Shown here one piece after another: positions 28,976 to 41,169 of a stretch of DNA of 64,000 bases (positions within the stretch are counted from its first letter, which is position 1; each line of letters starts with the position of its first letter). This DNA is from Schizochytrium sp. TIO01 (taxonomy: Eukaryota > Protista > Bigyra: Labyrinthulomycetes), in NCBI GenBank assembly GCA_004764695.1, contig SMSO01000033.1, forward strand, positions 2,170,001 to 2,234,000. The letters run 5' to 3'. Made by a program: the position numbers and the translations under genes. The notes beneath the pieces were generated by a model. The model was not told the origin of the DNA. It worked only from the letters and a program-made list of their open reading frames with translations, and did not search any database.

Positions 28976-31865
28976 CTACCCACTGTCTTTTCCTCACTTT
29001 AAAAAAACTAATTGGAAAGAACACTCATTGAAAATAGATACACAAAAACCACAAAAAGCAGGTCGATAGAATTGCCATAAAATGAATGGCATGATTGATT
29101 GAAAATCAATCATAAAATAGATGAACTCCAGTCGAAACAAGAGAAGAGCGAGAAGAGTTTAGAATGATTGTTCTCGACCTTCCTTCCCGTCGGCGTCCAC
29201 AATTGCGGTTCGCGAAAAAGCAGGGCGCAGCCTCTGGTTCTAAGGCGGACTGCGTTTTAAGCCGGCGGAGGCAGAGAAAGAGAAAGAGAGAAAGAGAGAA
29301 AAAAAAAAACAAAGAAAGAAAGAAAGAAACAAAACAGTTCTTAGGAGCAAAGAAGCGAAACCAGGGTGTCCAGGCACCGCCGCCAGGGCCCAGACCGTCT
29401 GAGGTCGCAGCTTCTGCTGTCTCTCTCCATCTGTTTCCTGACTGTCTACAGTTTGTCCAGGTTTCTCGAGGGCCTTCGCCTCTGCTCAGAAAGGCCTCGA
29501 AGCCTCGAGGAGTGCTCCGTCGCATCCGTCTCCTCCTGAGCAAGCGGGTCAGTTGCAGAATCGAGGGAGGCGGCTGGCCGGCTATAGCCCACTTGCACAT
29601 GGCCCATACAGTAGGGTATAGCGCCCAAAGTGCGTTATACGGGGGATTCTCTACATTAGGGAGCGCGGGGAAAGCGGAGCGTTGGTGCCCACAATAGGCT
29701 ATAGCTGTAGTAGGATTTTCTGCATGATAGATACTAGTTTTCCTTTTCTTCTGTTTCTTTTATTCATTTTGTTTTCAAATTAATGAAAAGAAAAAACAAG
29801 GACCCACCTACTACTAATACTAATAATAATCCTAACAATAAACTACTAGAATGGTGATTTCTTCAGATGGCAAATGATTTTTATTTAAATATATTTCATA
29901 TTGTTAGATGTCATCATGATATCAACAAAAAAAAAAGAAACAAAAGTTGTCCAAAAAAACAAGAATATGCCAGAAGCTCTTGATGAAAGTTCTAGTGTTA
30001 AGGTTATAAGGTATTGTTCACAGATCCTTCGAAAGACAGTTTTTAAAACTAAGCCAGGGGTACTAAAACCAAAGCTGGTTAGCTAACCCATAGGCAGTAA
30101 GTACTACATAGCATGATGGCAAAGTACGATAAAATAAAGTACGCCGCGTATTTAATTTAGCACAAAGCTTTTCTGCTGTTGTAGTACCTTTATAACTTAA
30201 TCCCTACGATTTACTTTTAAAACTAAAATTTATAAAACTAAATAAACATAAATCATGAACATGTACGTATATAATCGATAGCGAGAGAAAGGGAAGAACG
30301 TCCGCGAGACCTCCGCGCGCCCGCTCAGCCCCGTGGCTGGCCCAGAGCCGGGCGGCTCTCGATCCCAGGCTCCCTTGGGGCCTCCTGGAGGCCTCCGCTT
30401 GGGCCTCTGCAGAGCTGGCAGACCAGCTAGCTGGCCCGGCAGCCTGAGAGAGCAGAAGCCACGGAAGAAGGCAGAGCGCAGAGGAAAAACCTCCTCGTGG
30501 CACTTGGTCTGAAAAAAATAAACTACAGGAGCTCACTTCTAGAGTATTAGGTAGGTGCGGTGCATAGCGTGTGTAAGTGTTAAAGAATACTTGAGCAGGG
30601 TGTACTAAAATAGGATCTTTAGTGGGTATTATGGTATTGAGTAGGAGGGCGAGGCGTCTTAAAAGGGGTATCTGTCTTAAAATATTGCGAAGAAGGGGCA
30701 AAGAAAGAGAGAAGAGAGAGAGAAGAAGAGCAAAGCAATAACTAACGCGGATTGATTGATTGATTCATTCATTCGCTCATCCGTTCCCGCAGACCTTCGT
30801 AGCGAACGAGTCCGGTCCGGCTGGCAGGGCCCGGAGGAAGCGGCGTTGCGCAGGAGGGCACACATCTGGCAAGGGGCGAGCCATCGAGTGGTCGCTGCGT
30901 TGAATCGCGGAGCGGAGGCGGCAGGTTGACCTCGAGGCGGTGGCCATCGGCGATCCATTCCATTCCATTCCAATTCACTTGTCTTCTTACTTTCTCTTTC
31001 TTTCTTTCTTTCTCTCTGTTTTCTACCCTTTTCTTTTATCTTCCTTGACGATTCTTAGATTGATTCTCTGTTGTTTCTTCTTTGCGATTGAGGGAAACTC
31101 GCTCGGCCATTCCCGCAACGCCTTAGCTTCGAAGAGGTGCATCGAGGCGCGGCAGTTCTCTGGGGAACGCAAGTGGCTCGCGGAAGCAGCCGAAACCTCG
31201 AACGGACTCTGACGGGACACAACATCTAACTTTGGTGTTGTTGTTGTTGTTGTTGCCAGTAGCTTTGCTCATACTAGACGTTTGGCCGACCTTGCAGTAG
31301 TGCTGCTCGTGTAGTGTAGCAAAGGACTGATAACGTGAACCTTTGTCCGGCTTGCACGTGGTGGTGTATTGGTAATTTGTGAAAAAAAAAAACTCTGCGC
31401 TGGTGCAACACACTTGTTGGAGAACTTCGTTTTCCTATTCTATATCCATTCTACTCGCAAGGCAGGCGCAACAGTGAGCGATTGCCCTTCCTGCTACTAC
31501 TGACGTTGGACGCAACATCTGATTTTTTCGGTGCCTCACTGAAAACAAAGAAAAGAAAAAAAAGTTCAAGCCAGAGGAATCAATCTTCCTTGTTTCACTA
31601 CTGCACGTGCACTGTGGACAAGTTTTGTTTGTGAAACGCATTGGCGGTTTTCATTTTCCCTATTGGTCTGCGCAGGTATTGCGCGTAAGCCCCAGCGAAA
31701 TCTTGCCCGAGGGTTTTCGAGCGAGACAGCAACTGTAACACACGACTTTCAAATAGTATAACTCTTGTGGCTTGCGGTGACCTGTGACCTGCTGGTTCAA
31801 ATCATCATTATCAGACACTGGAGAAACCCTTGGGCATCAGTTGAAACAGATACTAGCACGCAACA

Positions 31866-32732
31866 ATGCAAGAGGATTCTCGAGTTGTTCGCTGCTATTC
31901 GGAGGATACGGAGCGCCCGTATTTCCAGATCCGCTATCGGCTCTCGTTGACTGGTAAAGAATTGCTTGCAGATGCATTGAGCGGAAACCCGACTTTCGGA
32001 CTCATGGGAGGCCGGCCTGCACGTAGTGAAAGCGTGTCAACGACCGTCTCAATGGCGCCGAATGGTGCTCAAGACCCGAGCGTTTTTGGTGGTGGATACG
32101 GCTTTAACGGAATCCACTCCATTGGCGGTGATGAGCAAGTGACAAATCGCATGTCGCGATCGCGGTCCTTGGAGGGCCCAAACTCACCTGGAAACTACAT
32201 GAACGACTTTTCTGGTTTTCAAGGATCTGGATACCGCTTCCCTCCACCGCACGGAAGCTTTCCCGAATCTGACGGAAACTCACACATGGATATTGACTCT
32301 AACCAGGTCCATGAGCTCCGGAGATCAAAATCTGCAGGCACAGCCTCGGAGTTCCATATGAACCGCGGCGCACCGGCTATTTCCATGGAGGACTTGCAAA
32401 ACGTCAAAAATCTCGAAGAAATGTACCCTGAATTTGCCCCAGAGTTTCGTGGACTTGTTACTTGCCTTAACAGTAAGAACGTGCGCAAGTACCGCGTGGG
32501 CCAGCCCTATCGTAAGGGCGTGATCATAGGGATTGACGAAGAGCAAGGTAAGATTATTGTTTTCCAAAGAAACATGCCCGTTGGAACCTTAGTGGTGATG
32601 CGTTCCGACGATACAAACCGCTACGAAAAGGGCTACACTGTGCAGGACATCCAAGGTCGAATCCTTGGAACTGTCCACGCCATTGACCGTATGCAAAAGC
32701 TTCTTGTTGTCAACACTAGCGCTGCATTGTAA
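31866..32732 (+). CDS. Hypothetical protein with a low-complexity G/S/N middle and two tandem small beta-rich C-terminal repeats
   Basis: 288-aa ORF with C-ending codon bias and a good start context (ACAATG), followed by an AT-rich 3' region with (ACAT)n. Confidence 0.8.
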   Translation: MQEDSRVVRCYSEDTERPYFQIRYRLSLTGKELLADALSGNPTFGLMGGRPARSESVSTTVSMAPNGAQDPSVFGGGYGFNGIHSIGGDEQVTNRMSRSRSLEGPNSPGNYMNDFSGFQGSGYRFPPPHGSFPESDGNSHMDIDSNQVHELRRSKSAGTASEFHMNRGAPAISMEDLQNVKNLEEMYPEFAPEFRGLVTCLNSKNVRKYRVGQPYRKGVIIGIDEEQGKIIVFQRNMPVGTLVVMRSDDTNRYEKGYTVQDIQGRILGTVHAIDRMQKLLVVNTSAAL

Positions 32733-33618
32733 AGCATACTCCCCTCTTTAAGCCTTTTATACATGCACACATACATTCATACATACATACATACATACTT
32801 ACTTACATACATCACATTTATTTCAAGCATAAATACTTTCGAGCTTATGTAATTTTCACACTCAATCCTTGAAATGTTTTCAAATGTGCATTGTTTTTAC
32901 AAATCTTCATTTGACTAAACGTTAAAACAGCAATTCAATTGTTGACTTGAAATCATAAACTTAGGGAGTATGTGCATGAGCTTTCTCTCATTAGCTCTAG
33001 CTAGAATTATAGCTGCCTTTCTGCTTGCCCTTTGAAGGAGAGAGTGCAAACTGTTCGAATATTCATCTCATCTCCCTTCTACAATTCTCAAATCGACGAT
33101 TCTTCACAGTCTGCGAATCACGTCTGTATCACATCATATTTGACAGAAATTGTATTGATAAAATCTCAAAGCAACTAAGTCTGCAACTAACTTTTGCTCA
33201 GCAACTGCGTACTGTGGCGGAGTTAGCTGCGAAGTCAGAGCATCCCAGTGCTCACACCAATGACCCTTGTCACAAAACGAGCCGTTGACCTATGGGTTGA
33301 TATTAGTTGTTCACTATAGGTTACCTAAGAGACTTTTTTGTTTTTTGTCACTATAACCACATAGCTCTCGGGTTATTGTCTTTTATGCTGTCGCTGCATC
33401 CATCATCAACATCATTGCTATCAGACTCTCGCGTTAGCATCAGGAATCACAGCTGTTCTCATTGTACGTCTTTTAGCAGATTTCTCGCTCGCTACGACTA
33501 GCCTCAACAAGCTGATCACCCACTCCAGCTTCAGAGCAGTACTATCGAGAACTGGTTGACCTGTGTAGTAACTCCCGTGAGACAAGCAATAGTTGCACTT
33601 CACAGCATATCTCAGAAT

Positions 33619-36600
33619 ATGCGCGGGACCGAGGCGACTCCGCAATCTGGGCGCCTCGGGGGTAGTGCCGAAGACAGGCTACTGCTCCGCAAGGTTTACC
33701 AGGCGCTTGATACACTCCAGGATGACCGTGTCAAGCGCCAAGACCTTTTAAGCATTGCTGCAAAAGTTCAAGACAAAAGTATTCTTGAAGCAATACGTGC
33801 AAGTCCATGGTTACATGACTTGCTTCAGCCGGAGCGCTGGGGCAAAAATATTCTTAAAACGTCTTTCTCTCGCACAGGTTCTATTACATGCGACTCATTT
33901 ATCACCTTTTGGGAGGACTACCAACAGGAACCAGCAAGCGAAAGCGAGTCCCAATTTACGAGACGCGACACATTTGGCTCTATCGACAGCTTCGGCTCTG
34001 CCGGGTCAGAGTACTATCGGCCACATAATCATCATCGCCAAAATAACACAGGTTTACAACAACAGTTGCGGCAGCAACAACAAGAACCGCGGCAACAGCA
34101 GGAAAAGCTTGAAGCAATTTCCCCAAATCCAAGTAATCAAGCAGTGGTACAGTATGAGGAGATAAAGTTCAATCAGGAAACAAATGGACATAAAATAAAT
34201 GAACGCTTGGCGGGCAATACCGCAAAAGTGGATGTTAACACTCCTCCACTAAGCCACCAATCGAGGCCGTTGCCTCCCCAAGGCACAAGAAAAATCCTTC
34301 GAGCGCTGAGTGTGTCCAGTAAAAGCAGCTCGGGGGGGGTAGTGGCAGCATTAACAACTTCATCAGAAACTGGAACTCCAGTAGTTACGAATACACAGGG
34401 GCACAAACCTGCGCAACTCGCTATGCAGTCTGCCTTTACACCGCAATTAGATCAAGGGGCTCGGGTTTCTGTCCGTGCAAATCTTCAATTGCTAGGAATT
34501 TCCAATTCTTCTTCTTCTCAATTTGCAGACTCACCTCCTCAGATCGTGGTAGTCACTGGAACATTTGGGCAATTTGTTGATAGTCTGGCTCAGCGGCTAG
34601 GGTTTACGTGGAGCGATGACTTTATTCTTGTACATAGTTTACTCCGAGCTCAAGTTTTACGTCTTGAGGATCTGCGCGAAGGAGACCAGCTTGAAGTTGT
34701 CCGTCGTGACATTTTCCGTGCAGCCCCAGCCTTCACAGTCTCTCGGACTGGGGTAAAACAAGGAGTGGCACCTGCATCCAATAGTAAGGGTGACGTACAT
34801 CATGGAGGACATGTAGAGGACGAACGTAATGAGCGAAGTGGCAATGAAAACGAGTCTACAAAGAGCGAGAAAATTAACATAAAGGAAGTATCACCCTTCG
34901 CCACCTTTGTCAGACGTCCCAGCTGGAAGGACCACTATGATTCCCAGCCTTTGCCGTCAACTGTGCGGCACAGTATTCGATCTATTCTCAAAAGGGTTTC
35001 CACAAGCTCAAGTCGGTGGCAGCATATTGCACCTCAAGGAAGTTGCCCTGACGAAGACACACTGCGAGATCGATTGTCAGAATTTGTTTCGACCGAGAAG
35101 CGGAAGAAACTATCGATTGATCGAGTCATCGCAGGCGTGGACAAGCTTGACTTGCAATATGGATTAGGACGTAATCACACGCGCTTGCTCTTTGTGGCTG
35201 TCGATCAAGAAAGCACAGGAACTATTTCTGTCAGACACTTCCAGGATATGATTCTTTTGTGGAGGGAGGTTTGGGCAGAGCACCAGGCAGTCCTTCGTCT
35301 ACGTGCCGCAGAAGCTGAAGCAGAAGAGAAAGCACGGCAGGAAGAGGCAGAGCGTCGCCTACAAGAAGCCAATGCACTGTCTTCTGGAGATGCAGCGCCA
35401 CCTTTCAATTCAAATATTGAGAAATCAAATTTACACGAGGATAGTCTTGAGCTTAGCAAAAGTTCAGATTCAGATTCCGAAGACGAGACCGGCTTGGTTC
35501 GCCCACGAGGTCACACACCTGCTACATCTACAGAAGCCAACTCTGCTGCCTTGCGGCCGAAAACACCAGGTTCCCTATCCTCATCTAAGAGCAGTCTTTC
35601 TCAGCCTAATCAGCGAAGACCCAAGACAGCTAACAACGAACCCCAAAACACAAGTAGGGTACCGTTTTACTCCAAGGTTTCCCAGACAACAACTCACAAT
35701 AAGCACATGTCAAGGAATGCAATGAATAAAGAAAAGAGAATAATGCAAGCCCGAACAGCAGCCAATCAGTACAGTTTAGCTTCGGTTCGACCATCATCTG
35801 CAATGCCAGCTACTGCACTCATTTCTGATCGACTTCAGGGTGTTGATCGGAGACGCCCGCCGCGAACCCCAAGCAACCACCGTCGTCACTCGATTGAACG
35901 CAGTGAAGATATATTGTCTCGCCCCAGTACAGCACCCTCTTCAGGATCTCACTTCAGCCGAAGAGGTCCAACTCATCCAGCATTACAAACAGAGGAAGAA
36001 TATTTGCGAGCTATGCATGAAAGCAAGGGTGAGGATCCTGTACTCTTGGTTGGGTATGCGAGTCTACTCTTAAATCAAGTTCGGCGCAGAACAGGTTACT
36101 TGCATGTGCCGAAGGTCCACCAGCAAAGTCAAACATCAGCATGGAGTCCTAAAACTGGCTTGCAGGTTTTTGACGAAGAACATCAGCGTGTAGAGAATAC
36201 AATCGATGCTGCGCATCGACGTAAAATGGACAAAGCCCGGCAGTTTTTAAAGCGCGCACTTCATGCCTCGAAGCTAGCTGAAAACAGAAACACTGTGGAC
36301 TGGGCTGAGACAAGGGCAGAAATTCTTTGTAAGCTTGGAGAAATTTGTGAGATTGAAAGAGATGTTGGACAGGCACGAACTTTCTTCCACAAAGCTGTAC
36401 AAGAGGATCCCCGCAGCCCACACATCCTTTGTAAATATGGTACGTTTCTTCACAAGTTGGGAGATACCGCGGGTGCGAAAGAATATCTACTTGAAGCTCT
36501 TGTTCATGATCGCAACTGTATTGATGCTCTTTTAGGATACGCTATCCTTATGTCACGCTCACCAGATCCATGTGATCATAAGCTGGCTGCGCAGTACTTT

Positions 36601-38436
36601 GAGCGCGCTCGTAAGAATGCGCGGCAGAACAGGGCACCTAAAGATACTCGCGCACGGGTTCTAGGACAAGTAGCAATTTACCAAAATATGGTTCTAGGTC
36701 AGCATCAGGAGGCTGCCCAGAGCTTTGAAAAAGCTGTGCAGCTTGATGAAACGTTTGTTGACGCCTGGTATGAATTAGGGCGTCTGCGCTTTGCAGCTTT
36801 GGACGATGCCGAGGGTGCAGTTGAAGCATTCAAAGCAGCTCTTGAGCATTCTCAAACACATTTACCTTCTCTTATTGCACTGGCTCAGATCCTAGCTAAT
36901 AGCGCAGCACGTGGAGATGTTGAACGCGCAGAAGAATTGTTCACTCAAGCTTTAGAGCTTGACCCAAACAATACACGAGTCCTACTATCTTACGCAGAAT
37001 TTCTGGCGAATGTCAGTAAGTCAGAGATTCGTGCGGAATCAGCCTATAGTCAAGCCCTGGCGAACGCAGCGTCTGAAGATCTGAAGGGTTTGTGCTATAT
37101 GAAGATGGCAGCCTTTTTTGAAAAACGTACTACTCGGGCGATTGACGTCGGTAATCTAACTAAAGCTGTAGAATATTATGAGTCTGCACTCAAGGTTGTT
37201 GGATCCGTTCAACGCGGGGCTTGCTTAGTGGCACTTGGAAGGTGTAAAGCAGAAATGGGACATTTGGAGCAAGCTCGAGAAGCTTTGGAAAAGGCTTTGG
37301 CCGTTGATTCCTCAAGTATTGAGGCTAAATGGCGTTTAGCGAGTGTTGAGCAACGTTGTGGGAAACGTGGGGCCGCAGGGAAGCTCTTTCGTGTCGCCTT
37401 TGAAGAAGCTCCCAATGATGGATATGTCCTTACCCATTTTGCACATTTCCTTCTCGATTACCGCGGGCCTACGGATGACCGTCAGCTAGTGGTTGCAGAA
37501 AGTATGCTTCGAAAAGCTTTGGAAGTTGCCAAACCTGAAAAAGGAAGCAGCAGTGCGTTCTCTAGTACTGTCCCATCTATGAACAGCTCTTCAGAAGACT
37601 TCAAGCCACTTGCATTAACTCTTCTTGGGAAACTTCTGGCACGAGATCCATCAAGGCGAAAGAATGGCCTAGAATTGCTCGAGCAGGCTTTGGAAGAAAG
37701 GCCGCGGGCCTACGACACTTGCTACACCTTGGCATTGGTCCTTAGTGAAAATGCGATCCTCTCGCGAGCCGTTCTGTATCAAGGACGTGAGCAAAAGAGC
37801 GCACAGCAAACCTTGGAGCGGTGCATCCAGCTTTTTATTACAGCATCTGAGCTACAAGACACCTCAGTTGATGCTCCATTGCGAGCTGCAGCACTTTTGC
37901 TTTGCATTGCCGAAACCTACGATGATCCTCTTGAGCGACAAAGTAGTCTTGAGCGAGCTTTAAAGTATGGAGAACGAGCTGTGCGTCGAGCTTCTAGAGC
38001 TCAGCGTAAATCTAGTAATCGACCGCTTGCGTCTCGTCAAGCCGAAGCTAACTACTTGTGTGGAATCGCACTAGAGCGCCAGCGAAGGTTTGGCGAAGCA
38101 ACAACAAACTTTCTCGATGCCATTACTTTGAACCCTTCGCACGTATTAGCGATGTATCACGCCTCACGTCGTAAAGAAATTGACCTTGATGATTTAGAGG
38201 GTGCGCAGCGCCTCTGTATGGACGCTCTTACAATTTCCCCTTTGACACATGTTGGCAAGGTTGATCATAGTGTGCTCTGCCAAAGGGTTTTACGTGACTA
38301 CGAACTTGCTGAGGCTCGTTTCATGATAGTTGATGGCGAGCGCGAAGATCCTGCTGCAGCCCGGGCTCTTGTCATGCACCAGCAGCTTGCACAAAAGGCC
38401 CAAGAGGTCAGTTCTTCTTCGTCATGCAAAAAGTAA
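33619..38436 (+). CDS. Large TPR-repeat protein with EF-hand-like and KHA/ubiquitin-like segments in the N-terminal half
   Basis: ~1600-aa ORF. C-terminal half has many TPR-like units (ARTFFHKAVQEDP, AAQSFEKAVQLDETFVDAWYELG, AEELFTQALELDPNNTRVLLSYA, FLDAITLNPSH). EF-loop-like DQESTGTISVRHF. First ATG at 33619. Confidence 0.9.
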   Translation: MRGTEATPQSGRLGGSAEDRLLLRKVYQALDTLQDDRVKRQDLLSIAAKVQDKSILEAIRASPWLHDLLQPERWGKNILKTSFSRTGSITCDSFITFWEDYQQEPASESESQFTRRDTFGSIDSFGSAGSEYYRPHNHHRQNNTGLQQQLRQQQQEPRQQQEKLEAISPNPSNQAVVQYEEIKFNQETNGHKINERLAGNTAKVDVNTPPLSHQSRPLPPQGTRKILRALSVSSKSSSGGVVAALTTSSETGTPVVTNTQGHKPAQLAMQSAFTPQLDQGARVSVRANLQLLGISNSSSSQFADSPPQIVVVTGTFGQFVDSLAQRLGFTWSDDFILVHSLLRAQVLRLEDLREGDQLEVVRRDIFRAAPAFTVSRTGVKQGVAPASNSKGDVHHGGHVEDERNERSGNENESTKSEKINIKEVSPFATFVRRPSWKDHYDSQPLPSTVRHSIRSILKRVSTSSSRWQHIAPQGSCPDEDTLRDRLSEFVSTEKRKKLSIDRVIAGVDKLDLQYGLGRNHTRLLFVAVDQESTGTISVRHFQDMILLWREVWAEHQAVLRLRAAEAEAEEKARQEEAERRLQEANALSSGDAAPPFNSNIEKSNLHEDSLELSKSSDSDSEDETGLVRPRGHTPATSTEANSAALRPKTPGSLSSSKSSLSQPNQRRPKTANNEPQNTSRVPFYSKVSQTTTHNKHMSRNAMNKEKRIMQARTAANQYSLASVRPSSAMPATALISDRLQGVDRRRPPRTPSNHRRHSIERSEDILSRPSTAPSSGSHFSRRGPTHPALQTEEEYLRAMHESKGEDPVLLVGYASLLLNQVRRRTGYLHVPKVHQQSQTSAWSPKTGLQVFDEEHQRVENTIDAAHRRKMDKARQFLKRALHASKLAENRNTVDWAETRAEILCKLGEICEIERDVGQARTFFHKAVQEDPRSPHILCKYGTFLHKLGDTAGAKEYLLEALVHDRNCIDALLGYAILMSRSPDPCDHKLAAQYFERARKNARQNRAPKDTRARVLGQVAIYQNMVLGQHQEAAQSFEKAVQLDETFVDAWYELGRLRFAALDDAEGAVEAFKAALEHSQTHLPSLIALAQILANSAARGDVERAEELFTQALELDPNNTRVLLSYAEFLANVSKSEIRAESAYSQALANAASEDLKGLCYMKMAAFFEKRTTRAIDVGNLTKAVEYYESALKVVGSVQRGACLVALGRCKAEMGHLEQAREALEKALAVDSSSIEAKWRLASVEQRCGKRGAAGKLFRVAFEEAPNDGYVLTHFAHFLLDYRGPTDDRQLVVAESMLRKALEVAKPEKGSSSAFSSTVPSMNSSSEDFKPLALTLLGKLLARDPSRRKNGLELLEQALEERPRAYDTCYTLALVLSENAILSRAVLYQGREQKSAQQTLERCIQLFITASELQDTSVDAPLRAAALLLCIAETYDDPLERQSSLERALKYGERAVRRASRAQRKSSNRPLASRQAEANYLCGIALERQRRFGEATTNFLDAITLNPSHVLAMYHASRRKEIDLDDLEGAQRLCMDALTISPLTHVGKVDHSVLCQRVLRDYELAEARFMIVDGEREDPAAARALVMHQQLAQKAQEVSSSSSCKK

Positions 38437-38888
38437 ATGTTCTTTAGACTTGAGAATTTTGGTAGGCCTAGGTACCTACATGGTTTCACAAAACCAAATT
38501 TATTATGAACTCTATTCCATAAATCAAGAATAAAACTTGTCTCTGTATCGAGCGATTTTATGGTTATCATTCTAGTGACGACGTGCAACTTGTTTTGTTT
38601 TCCTTACAGGTGAAGCATACATAATCATTGCCATCGTATCTACCATGAGTCATATAATGTAGTGGCGCTCCCAACAAATTTGCCTCATCCAATTCCTAGG
38701 TACTACCTACTATAAAGGTGTCTATCTAGTGCTATGCGCCATTCCAGCATATGCTAGACCTGATAGGACACCCTAAGCAATTGCTAGTGATAAGAAATCG
38801 CTTGGCGATGGCATCAATCAATCAATTATAATCAATAAATCTCGCCTTGCCTGGTGAGTTAATCGCACACGCACATCGCGTAAGCACG

Positions 38889-39563
38889 ATGTCCGGAAAG
38901 TCTGCATTGGCCCGTGCCTTGATGAAGAAGAAGAAGTCTCTTCTTCAACAGAAGGCGTCCAAGCCGCTTTCTCCAGCGTTGGTCAACGACTCCGATGACG
39001 ATGGCCAAGGCGTAGATGCAAGCAGCAACTCAGTGGAGGCAAAAACCACACGCCCAAAGAAATCGCAAGTCCGCGTGAAAAGGGCTCGCGAGAGCAAGGC
39101 TGATATTGATGAGACTTCCGAGTCTGAGTCTCATACAGTGGCGAGAAAAGTTTCTAAACGCAAGAGGGCTGAGCCTATTCCACGTGCAGCAGGCTCCAAG
39201 GCGCACGATTATATTCAAATTCAGACTTTGACGCGTCGAGGTCGCAATAACATGGCCAAACCGAGCATTCTGGTGCGCCTTAATGAGGAGGACTTTGCAG
39301 AGCAGTTTCAAAATCTTTTTGAGGAGCATGTAGAAGGCTTCACGGGCCTCAGAGGTGCTAAACGCGAACGGACAACTAAGGAACGCAACATGGAGTGGCG
39401 CCTTCGTGTGGAGGCTAAAAAGCAGCAAGAAAAAGGCAGCAGTACTGGCATCTCTAAGGAAGACGCAGCTCGCAAGAAGGCGTTTGAGAAAGCACAGCAG
39501 GAGAAAGTTCGTCAAGCCGCCATCGAGAGGTATCGTGCGTTGAAGAAGCGGCAACACAAATGA
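38889..39563 (+). CDS. Hypothetical Lys/Arg-rich, probably nuclear/nucleolar protein
   Basis: ~224-aa ORF from ATG 38889, highly basic with a coiled-coil-like C-terminus (RQAAIERYRALKKR). Confidence 0.75.
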   Translation: MSGKSALARALMKKKKSLLQQKASKPLSPALVNDSDDDGQGVDASSNSVEAKTTRPKKSQVRVKRARESKADIDETSESESHTVARKVSKRKRAEPIPRAAGSKAHDYIQIQTLTRRGRNNMAKPSILVRLNEEDFAEQFQNLFEEHVEGFTGLRGAKRERTTKERNMEWRLRVEAKKQQEKGSSTGISKEDAARKKAFEKAQQEKVRQAAIERYRALKKRQHK

Positions 39564-41169
39564 AGTTAGATGGCTACTAATGTCACAGAGTGAATTGTGG
39601 CGTGCTAGGGCTTTCGTGCGTAGTGCATGAACTAGAAAACCTGCTCGCCGGATAGGTGGTCGCCATTGTCAGGATACACTGCGCATATGAAGCAGTGCTG
39701 AACAATGTTCAAAGGTATTTATGTATGCATAAAAATCTGAGCAGGATGAACCAAAGTCTGTTGTTTTACCAGGACGTAGTGCTTCTAATTCTTAGAACAA
39801 ACAGCTCAAAGCCATTTCCATTAGAAAGGACCGTTTGACGAGACAAAGTATATCGCTTCATTTATCTATGAAATAGAGCCAATTGTAGTCGTCGTCTATA
39901 CGTTTACGCAGGGTGAACATTTCAACGACAACAAAAACTTCTTTACGAGTGAATATCTGAACGTTTACTGTAACACGGGAAGCTTTGTTTGCCCCTTGGT
40001 GTCTATCGCTATGTAGAACGAAGGTATGCCACCTTGTTTAAAAGCTCGTTTTAAGCATCTTACTCAATGCTCCATCAACTATCAAATTGAATTAATTTTT
40101 GTGTGAAATATTTATCCTTTACCCTAATCAGCTAATACTTGTTACATCTATAGCTAGTGATTCAAAACATCTTCATAGTTTCTGAATTGTCTGAAGCTAG
40201 GGTAACATGTAAGCTTACACCCGAAACTTATTTATAGATGCTTCCGGATATAACACTGAATCATTCGGATCTAATTTGAGATTGTTCATTGTCACAGTCT
40301 AGATTGTGTGTGCTTGGGGAGGAAGGCTTTTGCACAATAGGGTTTTATAAGGATAATCCCTTTAATCATCGTTGAGGAGAAGTCCGTTATCGTTTCTTGG
40401 CTTGTCATCACGTCTCTTCTTTGTGTCAGGACAGACTGCAGTTCTGTGACCAGGTGTATTGCAGATAGGATACATTTTCGTTTGGTATCTGCACTGTTTT
40501 CATGTATGATTTGATAATTCATAACGAGAGCGCTAATTCCTATGGACGCTGTGAGGTATTTCCCCCCAATTAATACCCTTTAAGTGCATTCTATTATGGG
40601 AGTAATGGGTTTAAAATTATTTATGGCATTAAAATTGGAGTTCTAAAAAAGAATATGCTTTCAGGTTCTGAGTGTCACCGGCATTTTATTTATAGGCTCA
40701 GCGACTTGCATCTAACCTTTGTAAGGCAGAGGTACGTATAAATAATGAAGTCATAACTGTAGTGCTCATTAGCCAGTACTCCATCACATATGGCTTTGAT
40801 TTGTCTTCCCATATATGGCATACGAGGAAGAAGACTCATAAAAACTAACTGGTTGTCCAGCGTTAGGCCTGCATACACTACAGCCGTGGTGCTTAACCTC
40901 AGATCTGTGAACCATTGATAGCACCCTTCACTAGGCTAGTGTTCCAACAGGCGGACATGAAAGTTTTGTAAACTCCTCTAGAAGTACCTGAGCAAGTTTT
41001 AGGCTGCGTTGACCTGGCGGCATTTCGAGGATTCGTTTCAGAGATATCCAGGTTTGCATTCCAGCGAATCCGCGTTTTGTACCAACGAAAAGTTCATTAT
41101 TTTGTGTGAATGCTGGACCAGCTTGTGCTTTAAGTAGATTGAAAGATCATTGTTGATAGCCCCCCCCGT

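Noticed and set aside
29106-30973. ORFs of 98-177 aa at 29.1-31.0 kb
   Set aside because: Low-complexity translations of GA/CT tracts and GC blocks; more consistent with the regulatory region of the 31866 gene.
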